A DNA stretch of 63,723 nt, counting the filler, from Choristocarpus tenellus KU-1152 (Eukaryota; Protista; Phaeophyceae), in NCBI GenBank assembly GCA_964200185.2. It is 16 parts of 16 records of this genome, joined end to end, with 100 filler letters (N's around TTAATTAATTAA, not from the genome) between each part and the next. Parts side by side here need not be neighbours in the genome. Positions count along the whole stretch, not along the records: positions 49,640 to 52,626 come from CAXNAD020023131.1; positions 52,727 to 55,227 come from CAXNAD020027299.1; positions 55,328 to 60,968 come from CAXNAD020010158.1; positions 61,069 to 63,723 come from CAXNAD020025914.1; 12 more parts are not named here. One strand, given 5' to 3'. The translations under genes were made by a program, and so were the position numbers. Below are positions 50,755-63,681 of this stretch, one piece after another. The number at the start of each line of letters is the position of its first letter. The stretch's first letter is position 1. The notes beneath the pieces were generated by a model. The model was not told the DNA's origin. It was given only the letters and a program-made list of their open reading frames with translations, and ran no database searches.

Positions 50755-51281
50755 GGGCGAAGGTATCTTAGAGGGCACGAGTTTTGCCCTGTTTGTCCAT
50801 TTGGGGCTTGACTTCCGAGTCAAAGTATCTCAGAGGGTAGAGCTGCGTCCATTTGGGGACCAAAATCCAATGTTTCGATTTTGGTGTATTTTTTACTGTT
50901 GTGTTTGTTAGGAAGTCCCAATATCATTTTTCTGGAGACACCATTTTATAACGTATACATTATACCTACTACTGCGAAAAATCTCAGAGTAGGTAAAATG
51001 TCATAAACAAATTCCGTGGGAAGCCAAGCCCCAAATGGACAAACAGGGCAAGAATCGTACCCTCTAAGATACTTTCACTCTTCCCATGGCGTATTTTCAT
51101 GACATTTTACTACTCCAAAATGTTTCGGAGTAGGTATAATGTGTAAGTCATGAAAAGATGTGCCCGGAACAAGGATACTCACACTTCCCAACAAACACGA
51201 TAGCTAAAATTACATCAAAATCACAACATTGGATTTTGACCCCAAATGGACGAGGCCCTACCCTCTAAGATACTTTGGCTC
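50755..51281 (-). mobile_element. MITE family A (outer copy), 4-bp TSD AGAT, interrupted by a second copy
   Basis: AGAT|GGGCGAAGGTATCTTAGAGGG ... TACCCTCTAAGATACTTTGGCTC|AGAT. Confidence 0.9.
50817..51080 (+). mobile_element. MITE family A (nested inner copy), 4-bp TSD TTCC
   Basis: TTCC|GAGTCAAAGTATCTCAGAGGGTA ... TACCCTCTAAGATACTTTCACTC|TTCC. Confidence 0.92.
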
Positions 51282-51358
51282 AGATTGGTTCAACTCTCAC
51301 ACACGTCACATTTATCCCGTCAAAGCAGTAAAAGAACACTGATTGCTTCAACTCTAAG

Positions 51359-52285
51359 TCATTCAGTCAACACAGTGTCTACGAACTCTTCTACCTGCTT
51401 CTTACGTAATCTTTTGGTCAAGATGTCTGCAAGTTGTAGTGTTGTGGGTATATACTTCACTCTAAAAAAATCTTTATTGACATACTCCCTGGTGCATTTC
51501 AGCATGATGTCGACATACCTTGTTCTTCCGTTGAAACCTTCAGTTATTGCTGCTTGGATCGCACCTCCATTGTCCCCATACCAAGTCGTGGCCCCTGAGG
51601 AATATTGCATGCCTCATTCCATGTACCATCGCTGTTCATTCTGCTTCTGATGAAGATATGGTTACAGCTCCTTGCATCTTGGATTTCCGTGCAATTGGTG
51701 CCTCATTTATTAGGATTAGTTATCCCGTCACGCTTCGTCTTGAAGCAGTGTCATTGCCCCAGTCTGAGTCTCCATACCCGACCAGGCCCCCATTGTTCAA
51801 TTCACCACCAGCAGGATAGTGTATCCCTACTTGCATGGTGCCTGCTAGATATCGTAGAACATGTTGCAGCCCTTTCCAGTGTCGACTGCATGGAGGTGCT
51901 GCATATCTAATCAGTTTCCGCACACTGTTGGATAGGTCTGGTCGTGTCATCCCAGCTAGGAACATTAGTTTCCCCAGAATGGTGCGTTAAGGCTTGTACT
52001 TCTGGTCCAGCTCCTCCTTGTCAGTTCTCCTTGGGGTCAGGTCCAATCCTGGGTTTGAAGGTGATGAGGTACTCCGTACTTCTGTGGATCCCATTCCTTC
52101 ACGAACAATGCTCTCCAGTGTGATAGAAACGTTGGTCCAGTGTGATGCCAGCCTCATCTCGGTTGATTGCCACCACAACTAACTTGTCTGGGGTCCCGAG
52201 GTCCCGTCCTTCGTATTTGGTAAGCATATTGCTCTTCATCCTCTTTATTTCCTCGTCGAAGTCTCCAGTCAACGAGATGTCACCT
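51359..52285 (-). mobile_element. Ty1/copia RT C-terminus and RNase H remnant
   Basis: DISLTG, TRPDLSNSV, GYGDSDWGNDTASRRSVTG, GDNGGAIQ, RTRYVDI, QLADILTK; stops and frameshifts. Confidence 0.93.
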
Positions 52286-52296
52286 GCCATGCTCAT

Positions 52297-52546
52297 GAGT
52301 CAAAGTATCTTAGAGGGTAGAGCGTTTGGGGGCCAAAATCCAAAGTTGCGATTTTGATGTATTTTTGGCTATTGTGTTTGTTAGGAAGTGTCCATATCCT
52401 TGTTCTGAACGCACTCTTTCATAACATACACATTTTACCTACTTTGAAACATTTCGGAGTAGGAAAATGTCCTAAAAAACCCGTGGGAAGCCAAGCCCCA
52501 AATGGACAAACAGGGAAAATTTCATACCCTCTAAGATACTTCACTC
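52297..52546 (+). mobile_element. MITE family A, full copy
   Basis: TCAT|GAGTCAAAGTATCTTAGAGGGTA ... TACCCTCTAAGATACTTCACTC|CCAT (TSD matches at 3 of 4 positions). Confidence 0.9.
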
Positions 52547-52726
52547 CCATCAAACAGTATGCATTGTTGAAACCTGAATCGAATGCATTGTATATGATAC
52601 ATAGACTACGAAGGAAGAGGAATCATNNNNNNNNNNNNNNNNNNNNNNNNNNNNNNNNNNNNNNNNNNNNTTAATTAATTAANNNNNNNNNNNNNNNNNN
52701 NNNNNNNNNNNNNNNNNNNNNNNNNN

Positions 52727-53054
52727 GTACTCCAATCATAAGCCTTTATTCTTGAACTTCTTAGTGACTTTGACATTTTCCTCTGTAATGTTACGTAGGT
52801 ATTCCGAATCTTACTCTGCATCTTCTTCTCAAAACAATAATTTATTCTGTAAGGCTACCTATGTGTTACTAATATCGTATATAGTTCGTACTTGTCAGAA
52901 CTCGAGAAACAATCCTCACACTATACGTCTGTTACAAATAAATGTTCGTATTTCCTAAAACATGAGGAGAAAATGCTCGCGCTATTCGTGTGTAACAAAT
53001 GCTCGCACTTCGTTGAAACACAAGAAGAAACGCTCCCGCTATTCGCCTGTAACA
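52727..53054 (-). mobile_element. LTR, 5' part (truncated by the contig start)
   Basis: The reverse strand begins TGTTACAGGCGAATAGC and is closely similar to 59875-60190. Confidence 0.8.
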
Positions 53055-54052
53055 TAGTTCTATTTACCGTGATCTAGCTCTGCTAACTCAATCACGCACT
53101 TCATCCAGCAAGCGAATGGGTGAGGCACCCTCTACTGTCGGATGCTTTTCTTATTTTCACAAGTACATCACCCCAAAACAAAAATTTGAGGTGCGATATT
53201 ACACACAGCAATCGTGGCCACCAATAGATAAGGCTAGACATGATTGAGAGCAACCACATCTCAATTATCACAACATAAAATAATCACCAGTGCTATAACA
53301 AACTCAGCAAAATTAAGGAATTAGATATTCTATATGCAGACTAAGACGCACCCATTTTCAGATCCAGAAAGGAGCAAGTTCTTCGACGTGTTTTTTCATC
53401 AAACATCAACATGGGCCCATGTATGACCAATTAGCGTAGTGCAAAGGGATACTACACCACACGAAAATCTAGTTTCTCGGGAACGCTTGGAGTTTATTGT
53501 CATCGCGACCAACAATATTGAAACTGTTGACGGCTATGGGCAGGCTCTATTAGGGAATATTGATCCTGGGCCAGAGCATGGGTCCAACCATGCTAAAATA
53601 GTTCATATTCCTGGAGAAAAAAGTACCCAGTGTTTCTAACCCAACTGGCCTGGTCAAAATACGTTAACAATGAAGTGATCCAAATACATGTGGGAAGTTC
53701 CATTGTGTTCCATCAAGCTTCATCACTTATTAAGATTGGACTGAGTAACCTCCTTTCCATCATGTTGTAACGTGATTGGACTTGTCATAATATAATTGAC
53801 CCTGTCTGTTGGGTGGACAAGTTCTAATACCTGGTGAAGATGGTCTGGACATTTCAACTAAATATTGGAAACTGAACTTATTGATTATAATTCATTCAGG
53901 GGTGAAAGAGGTTCGGTCCGTCAGCTGTTGTCCCTCCACATTTTTGTAGCATGATAAAAAGACCTACAAAACAACTTTACCAAAAATGAATAAATAGGGG
54001 TATGGAGTAGATATTGATATAGAATCATCTCCAGTAGTCGTCACAATATCTG

Positions 54053-54124
54053 GCTCCTATAGCTCAGTGGTAGAGCGTCAGCTTAGTAAGCTGCAGGTCC
54101 TGAGTTCGACTCTCAGTGGGAGCT
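54053..54124 (+). tRNA. tRNA-Thr (AGT)
   Basis: 72-nt cloverleaf: acceptor GCTCCTA/TGGGAGC, D arm GCTC-AGTGGTA-GAGC, anticodon loop TTAGTAA, T arm CTGAG-TTCGACT-CTCAG. One mismatch at the top of the anticodon stem. Confidence 0.92.
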
Positions 54125-57100
54125 GATTTCGTAATATTGCGGAGAATATTCTTATATAGAAACACCTATGGTTGATGAAGTTCCCGTACTCTTCTTTGTT
54201 GTTACCAAATATTACTGACTGTGAAATGTCCTCATTGTGCTCACCAGCAAAATACAGCTGTAACCTGTTAATAATTAAATTCCGTGTGTCAACCCCCCTG
54301 ACGACACTCTTCTTTTTGGGGGAAAACTGGCTTCAATGGTTCAAGGTTCAGCTTTCAGAATGTACAGCTGTACTATCTTGTCTGTTGACACACTACTACG
54401 AAAACTCTGGAAACCCAAAAACCAGGTGGCACGGCTTCATTGTTGAGCAAGACCCAGACAGGTCCAGCACAAGACTCAAGGAGGAACGCAGAGCAATGAG
54501 TGATGGGACGACTGAAATCAATTTCTTTAGAAGGCATGAACGGAGGCAAAAAATAATGGTGCATTTATTTGTTGTAGTGTAGTAACGGTAAGATGTTAAA
54601 AACTATTGCTAGACACCAAGGGGCAGATATATATTTCTAACTCTTGTCATACTGCCTCCTTCTCTACAACCTGTTGTAAGTAGCATGATTTCACACCCTT
54701 CTTGCAATAGCCCACTTCCCTCCAAGGTATATTTTTGAAATGCCCTTCCTTTTTTAGGCATGCCTCAGATTCTGTTCAACTGTCTGAGTGTTACCTCTAC
54801 ACAGCATAACAGTTCCTCCTGTCCTGATGACATCAGCAAATGGACAATGCATGGAGCTACAAAAGCCTCAATTTCCACTTGCTCGATTGCTCCAAACTTT
54901 TCCAGTGACTTGTACATCGTCCATTTTGGAGAGGCAAAAAAGGCAGTTACGCCAAGGAAACTGGTGAATATTTTCAACTACTGTCAGTTACTCCCCCCCT
55001 CCCTTCTGCTTGCAGTCCGAACATTTTACCAAACATGCACCCTGTGCTTTTCGTTCTGTTGTTGCTGAAGCACTGTGGCTGCTAGCCGGTGTTTCAACTC
55101 ATTCTCTTTTCGACCCAGCACAACCCCTTCAGGTTTCTCATGCACCCCCCCCCACTATTCCTTTCCTACTGTAGCTGCTGGGGCACGATGTCTACCAACT
55201 GGCGGAGCTTGCCCTCCTCTTCCCCCCNNNNNNNNNNNNNNNNNNNNNNNNNNNNNNNNNNNNNNNNNNNNTTAATTAATTAANNNNNNNNNNNNNNNNN
55301 NNNNNNNNNNNNNNNNNNNNNNNNNNNGGGGGGATGGGAGCGATGTAGAGGGGGGAGGAGGGAGGAGGGAGGGGGGAGGAGGGAGGGGGGAGGGGGGAGG
55401 GGAGAGGGGAGAGGGGAGTACAAGGATGGTACGATAGCGTGGCGTTTTTAAGACAAACAAATATGCTCTAAAACACAGGTGCTAAATTTAAATTGGACAG
55501 CTTTTTCTTGTCCATGATTTCGGAAAGTTGTCGAAACCTTGTCGAAACCTTCAATGGCAGCATCGGCATGAGACAGGGCTAAGAGGGGCCAGAATGAGAC
55601 TCCGAGGAAATACACCTCGTGTTACTAATTTAGTTCAAATTGTACAGTACAACTGAACAAAGCACATCTTTTGTTTACATAGAATCACCAGGTGTCTGTT
55701 TCATCGTGGCATCAAATGAGTAAAGGTCTCTGTCGGTAAAAAAAGAAAAGAGGACAATTTTCCAGTTGGGAGGGGGGGGGGGAGGGAGAGGAGAAAAAGG
55801 TCGACCGAGCAGACTATCTTTGAGCTCTACAATCCCACCTTGGCAACAGACGTACCAATCATAACACAGTCAACCCTTTTTTGGTCCCTTCCCTGTCCCT
55901 ACAAGCACTGACACTGGACTTGAAGGTCAGGAATAGAAAAAAAAAATCCACGCACACACGCAGGTGCCCCCACATCACCACTGCGTGTGGGCAGATTTAA
56001 AGGAAAAGACAGATTTTTTCTGAAGTCGTTCCTACCGCATGATAACAAAAAAAAAATGCTTAAAAATTTTTTTTAACTCTGCATGTACCTACCCACATGA
56101 CATGCGCGCGCGCGCGAGCGCATGTGTGTGTGTGTGTGTGTGTGAGAGTGTATACCATGAAAGCACACTACTTTGATTGAAACAGAAATATTGCAAAGAG
56201 AAGTTTTTTTTTTTTAACTCTTTTATTTATTAAAAAAAAAAAAGTTTTCAAAAATACTCGAAACAAACCATACACCAAGTACACACTTGCCAACGATAGC
56301 AAGCATCAACATACAAGCTTGTACACATCACACGTATGATGCACGGAATAAAAACAAAAAACGATCCGAGGTCCCTTCAGCTGAAACTCACTAACTAATT
56401 TAGACCCAAAACACAGCGCATTTTGTACCTGGGAATAACTCAAGAAAGACTCGACTCCGTGGAACACAACAGCACTAAAGTAATCACAGAAGTATCCCAA
56501 GCCCCCATATTCGAAGTGAGAAATTATAAACACTGCCTCACACTCCCATGATACCCTGCCAAGAAACTATAGTTCTTTTTTCTCAGTAGCGGTCATCCAT
56601 TTCACTAAAAATCATTCAACCCCCCCACCCCGCCTGATCCTCCGCAAAAAAAAAAAAAAAAAACCAGAAATTCCTGCAACAATAAAAAAAAAAACACGTA
56701 CATCAACTACAAAAATAGAATGAAAAAAAAAATAGGGGATCAAGCCAGCACAAAAGAGGACACAAAATAAAATAAATACTAATTTAGCGGGCACACAGTC
56801 CACACCACCACCACCCCATATCCACCACACATGGGTCTGTCAAACCTTGCATGCACACACTCAACCTTCCAAAACATGAAAAGATAAACAATCACCGATC
56901 CTGACACAGCATGGGGACAGGTTCAAAATATATATATATATATGAAACCCGTATCGGTGAGAGCAAATCGGGTTTGAACCTTATATAGGGTTGAGGAGAT
57001 CTACATACAACAGACTCTTAAGATGGATGAGGTGCGCCCAAGCATGCTTCAAAGACAGGTAGCCTCATCCAATCAGATTGGACAAGAGACGGGGGGGCGC

Positions 57101-58682
57101 TATTTCGAAAATCGTGCGTAAAAATCATCTGTTCTATTCTGCATTGTAACAAAAATATTATTTTCCAGTGTAATCAAATGTTCAATAAATTGGAGGGAGG
57201 AGAGGGGATGGGGGATGGGGGGGGAAGGGGAAGGGATGGTTCCATTCAGGACAACATGGAACTTGCTGGGGTTGAAACATCGTGGTCTGTGTAACAAATG
57301 AAACAAATACAGAAAAAATAAACGTCTTAAAACCTTGCTCATGGTCATCGTCCAAAACATCAAAAAGATGAACACAAGTGAAGTAAAATAAAATTAGAAG
57401 TAGGTGCTTTACATGCATAGATATATTTTGTGACACTGTATCCCATTCAAAAAAATCGATAAAAATAATGAAAAATGCCCACTGACAAATCAATACCCAT
57501 ATGTACGTAAGCAAAATCAAAGAGGTGGACATGATACAGAAACTATCCCTGAACATTCACCCTACATGGCGTGCCTCCAAAGCGCCACAAAATCAACCTT
57601 CTATCCAACTTCCTCTTACGTTGTCCTGTACAGTATCAACATCTAAGGGGATCGTATTTCTGTATGATGATAGGTAAAAAGGGCACCGCATCGAAATAAA
57701 AATAAAATTTCCTGGTGCGAAAAAATAAAAATAAAAAAAATAAACGATTGTTTTTTGCTGAAAGGTTCACATCACTTCTCCCCAGCCATCCCACATCCTT
57801 CTTTGCATCAATGTGCCCATGTCACGTTTACATTAAAGATATGTGGTTGGGCTTATCCCATCAATGTCAGAACAGATTTGTTCAGGAAAAGATGAGACCA
57901 TGAAGTAGAGGAGACCATATTATTGGTTCGGTTGGTCACGTGATCTCTCATACAAAGCACATCTAAATTAGCCTGCAGAGAGAGTCAAGGTTGTCTCTAA
58001 GGCGTGGGGTGGGGAGAGTGGGGAGGAAAGCGAAGGAATCCATTCTAATTGAATGATTCCGCACGTAGCGAACGATCCCTCTGACGACAGTGGACAAGAA
58101 CATGGGAAAGAGGATCCAGAACCCACGCTGCATATTGTACACAGTATGGGAAGTAGGTGTAGGGAAAATAGGCTTTGGCGTGGACCTACTATCAGCTGTG
58201 ACGTTGGTTACATGAACACCGCAGCAGTAAACGTTTGTATCTCGTTTATCTAGCGGGAGAGGGACAAGCGCCCCTTGAGTGCCAAATAGACGTGACGACA
58301 CCTGCCCTTTTACCGACAAAGAGATCACTCTAATCACCTCGACAGGCTTCTTCTTTGGAAAAAGCAGCTCAAGAGACAGTTTTCGAACCATCAACGAGGG
58401 TGCTCCATGTCTCCGTGAAGCTGTCCCAATTTAAAATAGGATAACTGAAAGACGATCAAGAAATTACCAGCGATCTCTTGTTTTTCACAAGTTCATCACA
58501 CCTCAGTTGGCAGGCACCATATTGTCCACATGGAACAAGGGATCACTAGAGCGAGGATAGAAATTGGTTCCCCCGCTTCCCGCATCGTGCATAGGGTGTG
58601 AATTTTTCGGTCACTGACACAGGCTTTCAACGCCCAGCTCAATAGTCCAAAGTATTATATCATTTCTCTGAAATCTTCTCAC

Positions 58683-58818
58683 CTCGTACAGATAGTAATT
58701 TATCGATGATGTCGTCTACTGTATCCCTATCCCCATTTGCGGGAGTTCCATCCCCCGATTGCGACGCCACAGGTGCTTCCGCTCCCCCTGTTGGCGGCTG
58801 ATTCGCGGACCCCGACAT
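58683..58818 (-). CDS. Probable first exon of a serine/threonine protein phosphatase PP1 catalytic subunit
   Basis: ATG at 58818: MSGSANQ...DTVDDIIDKLLSVR-G followed by a GTGAGA donor. VDDIIDKLLSVRG matches the PP1 N-terminal helix (VDxIIxxLLxVRG). Later exons were not found in this contig. Confidence 0.6.
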
Positions 58819-59874
58819 CCTCCTGCGTATAATCGTGGCCAACCCACAGGCTCACGATCTCTCTGGCTTCCCCCTGGAATATCAAGTCAATATCGATATA
58901 GTTTCACTTGCGCTGCTCAGAGTCTCGCCAATAACCGACCGACCACTGAGTGGCAATCAGCTTGGTTATCTTCCCCAACCAGCCCTTCCACTATATCTCC
59001 AAGGGCAATCTTCTACCTTCCACTGTTCCCCCCCCCAACCTTGCTTCTCTAGACTTCCCGTCACCCTATCCTACGGGTGCAACTCCGGGGGGGGGCTCAA
59101 TCACTTGTGTTCTGATGACTGCCCATGCACTTAAGAGACTTGTTTGTGTCCTGTGACTTTTTCGTTTGCAATAGCGCGTGTCATTCTTACCGCGCGTTGA
59201 GCTTAATCTGGTAATCGAGAGACAAAAAGAATTGACCTAACAACGGTCGGTGGGCCCGTTTAAGGCAACATATTTTAGAAAGTTCTAACACTCTACAATG
59301 TTTCCCTACCCCACTCTTCACCAACAATGTTGTTGTGGTCAATGTGAAACATTCCCATTTTGTTCCTCTCTCACAACACCACCACCACACTTCATTGCTC
59401 AGAAATGTTGGGTGTAGCTGTTACCTGATATGGATATGGGCACCACCATGAGTCTGGATGGGAAGGATGAGATGAAGAGGACGTATTTATATTTACACAT
59501 AATAAGACAAAAAAAGGAAGAGTGACGACGACACGATTATTAGTGATGAACCTGGTATTTCGTGAGTGTCTCCTATTCTCCCACCTTAAACAACGGAAGT
59601 TATAGCTTCCAGCACAGGGTCAGCTGGGGACGAATGTTGACAATATGTTGGGGGGAGAGTCTCTTGCCCACCACAGCAAAGCTCATTGGGAAGTTGAGTG
59701 ACAGATCAGGTGGCAGGCACCAACAGACACCAATAAGATTGACCCAGAAAGGCAAAGTGCTGGACTTGCTAGGCGCAAAGAAGAATCATCGATTCAATGT
59801 TGATGAGGATTTTTTTTGTTGACATGAACACCACCAGACGAAACAGAGTCAACAACGAAGGGCTTGAGAAGCAG

Positions 59875-60464
59875 GGTTACAGGCGAATAGCACGAGCGTT
59901 TCTTCTTGTATTTCAACGAAGTGCGAGCGTTTGTTACACGGGAATAGCGCGAACATTTTCTTCTTATGTTTCAGGAAATACGAACATTTGTAACAGACGT
60001 ATAGAGTAAGGATTGTTTCTCGAGTTCTGACAAGTACGAACAATATACGATATTAGTAACACATAGATAGCCTTACAGAATAAATAATAATTTGATAGGA
60101 GATGCAGAGCAAGATTTGAAATTTAAACATAATCTTACAGAATAGGTGTCAATTCCTGGAAGTTGCAGAGTAAAGATTCATGATCAAAGTATCCACTTAG
60201 CAGTTTGCAGACTTCATTTAACTCTTTGACTGTAGAAAATTGGTGGATGATGCTAATAGAAGGCTGATGAAGACTACCACGCTCTCAGACCTTTTTGATT
60301 GAACCTCTTTTGATAAAGCGAAAGCGAGACATTGGCTCAGCTAAACATTAAGCTGACACCGTACGTGGTTATCATCCGTGGACTCCCTTCGTAGCGTCGT
60401 TTTAAGGTCATTGGATTTGAGTTGTACATCCTGGGAAGGTGAGCATTGAGGGGTGCCTGTAACA
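59875..60464 (+). mobile_element. LTR (~590 bp)
   Basis: GGTTACAGGCGAATAGC ... GTGCCTGTAACA; homologous to 52727-53054(-) and shares termini with 6508-6936. Confidence 0.78.
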
Positions 60465-60857
60465 TAACGTGCATGTTTTAGTATAGACCAGTCATCGCTG
60501 CTAGTGAGTTGACTAGGGCATGAGGCATTCGCAGTCACATATTTACTTAGGATCGGAAAGGTGCGCATTTGTCTGAGATGGTTCAGGAGTTCATTAAACA
60601 ATCGACATCATCCCTAGACGATTACATATAAAATAAATATATATATACTATTTAGCATTGAGGGGAATGTAGCATATTGTTCATATATCTTCATTTCCGA
60701 TTTAAACACATCCATTTCCACTCCTTGTTCAACTCGAAACTATTGTTGGAGACGTTAATGCCATACCATCGTATCCAGTTAACTCCCCTACTGTGCCCTG
60801 AATCTCCCCCCCCCTTGCCCCTTTTATTGACTTTAACTGATTATCCCGCTATTGGGC

Positions 60858-60930
60858 ACTATTCCTGATTTTGGCCCAAATGGACACCCTGGTGTAGACC
60901 CTCCCCCCCCCCCCCCATACTTTTGGGCTC
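60858..60930 (+). mobile_element. MITE family B, right end
   Basis: TTCCTGATTTTGGCCCAAATGGACACCCTGGTGTAGAC-polyC-ATACTTTTGGGCTC. Another terminus lies at 61069-61092. Confidence 0.78.
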
Positions 60931-61119
60931 TCCCCTCTCACATAACTTTGGCCTTCTGCTGGGGAGTTNNNNNNNNNNNNNNNNNNNNNNNNNNNNNNNN
61001 NNNNNNNNNNNNTTAATTAATTAANNNNNNNNNNNNNNNNNNNNNNNNNNNNNNNNNNNNNNNNNNNNCCCCCCTCCCAGATACTTTGGGTCTTCTCAAA
61101 TTGGGTAAATTAACCTAAT

Positions 61120-61490
61120 TCAAGACTGAGCCTCATTGGCTACCTACTGGTTTTCAGTGGAGCACAAGTTGTTTGGACTGCAAGGGACTGTCACAGTTTT
61201 AAGCTACGGGCGCTGAATGGACCGCAATGGCACACGGGATGAGACATGACATGATGTATCATTATACAAGGGATTTGAGGTAGCTTGGTCTTCCACATGG
61301 GACCATAACTTGGTTTGGAGATAATCGTGGGGCTATCCAAGCAGGGCTCTCTATCGGGTTTCAATAGAAAGACTACACATATGGATATGTCGTTGAAGTG
61401 TACCAGAGTACATCAGTCAAGTTTTGTTCAGAATTGCAATTTGTACCAACTACACCAACTTGCAGACACATTGACCAAGAGATTGAGTAG
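61120..61490 (+). mobile_element. Ty1/copia RNase H remnant
   Basis: AEWTAMAHGMRH, WFGDNRGAIQ and QLADTLTKR; homologous to 51400-51720(-). Confidence 0.8.
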
Positions 61491-61499
61491 GTGACAAAT

Positions 61500-63450
61500 G
61501 CGTGATTTAATTGATTTTGTGTTTGGTGAGACTTGTATGAGAGTTCCAGCAGCGTGGTTTTGCCTATCTTCTCATGGGTGAGTGTGCGGGATAAGACTTC
61601 TGTGATACCCACCTTCCTGCCAAGGTATACCTTTAATGTGCCCTTCTTTAGAAGGTATATCTCCAGGCGTGTTTCCTCATATGACATCAGCATTTGCATC
61701 CAGATGACGTCAATATCGAGTTGTTTGAGTGGGTCTTACAAACCCCTCTCATTCAATTCACTCTCCCCTGAGTGACTTTCTGAGGGTTGCTAGCTCTCCT
61801 ACCCTTGACTCTCATCTTTCCATTCCTCCTGTGGGCCTTCCCGTTCCCCTTCAGTCTGAAGAACTAGTCTGCTGGTTTCTAACTGCTTTACAGTGGGGAA
61901 CGACAACAGTTCTGAAGTGGGGAAGTACTTCAACAGTGCTTTGGGGACACTCTTAGTACATTGCCTGTACTTTGAGAACCACATCTGCCCTGTGTACGTG
62001 TTCCACATCATTCCGACTGTCATATAGTTTGGTCGAGGAGACAAAACAACACATTCCACATCACAAGGAACGGTTTCCAAATCTTCATGCATGGCGGAAG
62101 TATACAAAGAAAGTGAACCCGTAAAACACCTTCTCCCACCTTTCTATATGATATCCGGACTCCTTTGATGAGGTTCTCCTGGAGGATGGGAGGAAACCTC
62201 TTATCGACAAATTATTTGGAATCTTTGTTGACACAGATCTCTGCGAGGTGCACCACCAAGAAGTCCACCAATTGCTGTCTGCGGATAATGCATCGATAAT
62301 CATGCACTAAGTCAACCTTTAACATCAAATCCCCCTCCTATACAGACCCCGATTGTCCCTTTGATGTCACACAAATATCCTGGCCAAGTCCACCTGTTCT
62401 TTTATCAACGCCATCCACTGCTGACCTGTGCATCACGCTCATCAATGCAGAGTCGAAGGAAGCAGTCGAGGCAAAACATTAACCAAATATGGACCTTATC
62501 CGGAATCTGCATCTAGTTCTCACACAACTGCTTCACCAAAAATGTCGTTAGCAAACTCTCCCAAAAACATGTGTCTTTCTTCATCTACGACTGATGTACC
62601 TACTCTTCTGATGAGTTTCTGCATGCATGTCACACTTCAAATTAATTGTTCACAGCGTGTGATCAAATGACAATTGATTGTGCTGTCATGGCGTAATTAC
62701 CTTCTTTGATCTCAGATTTAAATGTTACTATGCATTAATTTCATAGCATGTGGACTTTCATGTTGAAGACTTGACTAGACGTGGTCATATCCAATACATT
62801 GAAATCGTGACATTTCCATGTGCTCAGATATGTTGTATCATTTCACCCCTGATCAAGGTGAAGTGGCACAGATTTGGTTCCCACCAAATCTTTGTTGCAA
62901 GTAAAAAAAAAAAAGTGCTTTGCATTTCGCATACCACATAGGCGTTCTTGTTGACACAACTGTCATGTAGATGACATTATTCCCTTGTTGATAAACTATG
63001 TCTTTCATGCAGTGCTCAATGTCAGCTTATTTATGCACATATACTTCCTCCATTTCCCATTGACATCTGTGCTAATCCTGATATGCGCTTGGGGCCGCAT
63101 AGGGGAGGGGGATGATGTGATAGCCGTATTCCTGCCAAGGTATACCATCAAAATGCCCTTTGGAAGATACACCTCAAGGTCTGTTCCCTCGTATGGCATC
63201 AGTATTTGCTTCCAGATACACCGATATCGGGTTGTTTGAGTGGGCCTTACAACCCCCCCTCGTTCACTCTTCCTTGTTCACTCTTCCTTGTTCACTCTTC
63301 CCTGATAAAATTTCTTAGGATTTCTCGTCCCCCTACCCTTGTCTCTCTCCTTTTTATTCCTCCTATGGGTCCTCCATCTCCCCTTCAGTCTGAAGAACTG
63401 GTTCTGCCAGTTTCCAACTGTTTCATGCTTCTGTATAAATAAATAGTTGA
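61500..63450 (-). mobile_element. Highly decayed Ty1/copia integrase-region fragments (two related pieces)
   Basis: GEFAND and GQQWMA traces resemble integrase GGEF / PQQNG. The ~300-bp blocks 61590-61890 and 63115-63423 are diverged copies of each other. Confidence 0.5.
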
Positions 63451-63681
63451 TGATTGGTTGGCATTTTAGTTTTACTTACTTCTTGAATAGACGTGGCAGC
63501 ATGTTTCTTGTATGACGAACATTCTGCCAAGACAGTTGATATGTTGTCATATGTACGTGGTATAATGTTCGCCGTATGCGATGTTGATGAAAGAACCATT
63601 GGGTAGATAGGTAATATTAAATACACATGCTGAAAGGTTGCCTATGAAGCCACTCTTCCTCTTACTATCATTCATCACTTT

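Noticed and set aside
53300-55227. Scattered short ORFs around tRNA-Thr
   Set aside because: No recognisable domains or consistent exon chain were found.
56306-56533. FEYGG as a PP1 exon
   Set aside because: Flanking residues do not match the highly conserved LRLFEYGGFPP context; likely chance.
2931-61068. Recurrent TTAATTAATTAA flanked by Ns as a biological repeat or TTAA target site
   Set aside because: It is an identical fixed-length artificial linker. No gene-neighbourhood inference is valid across it.
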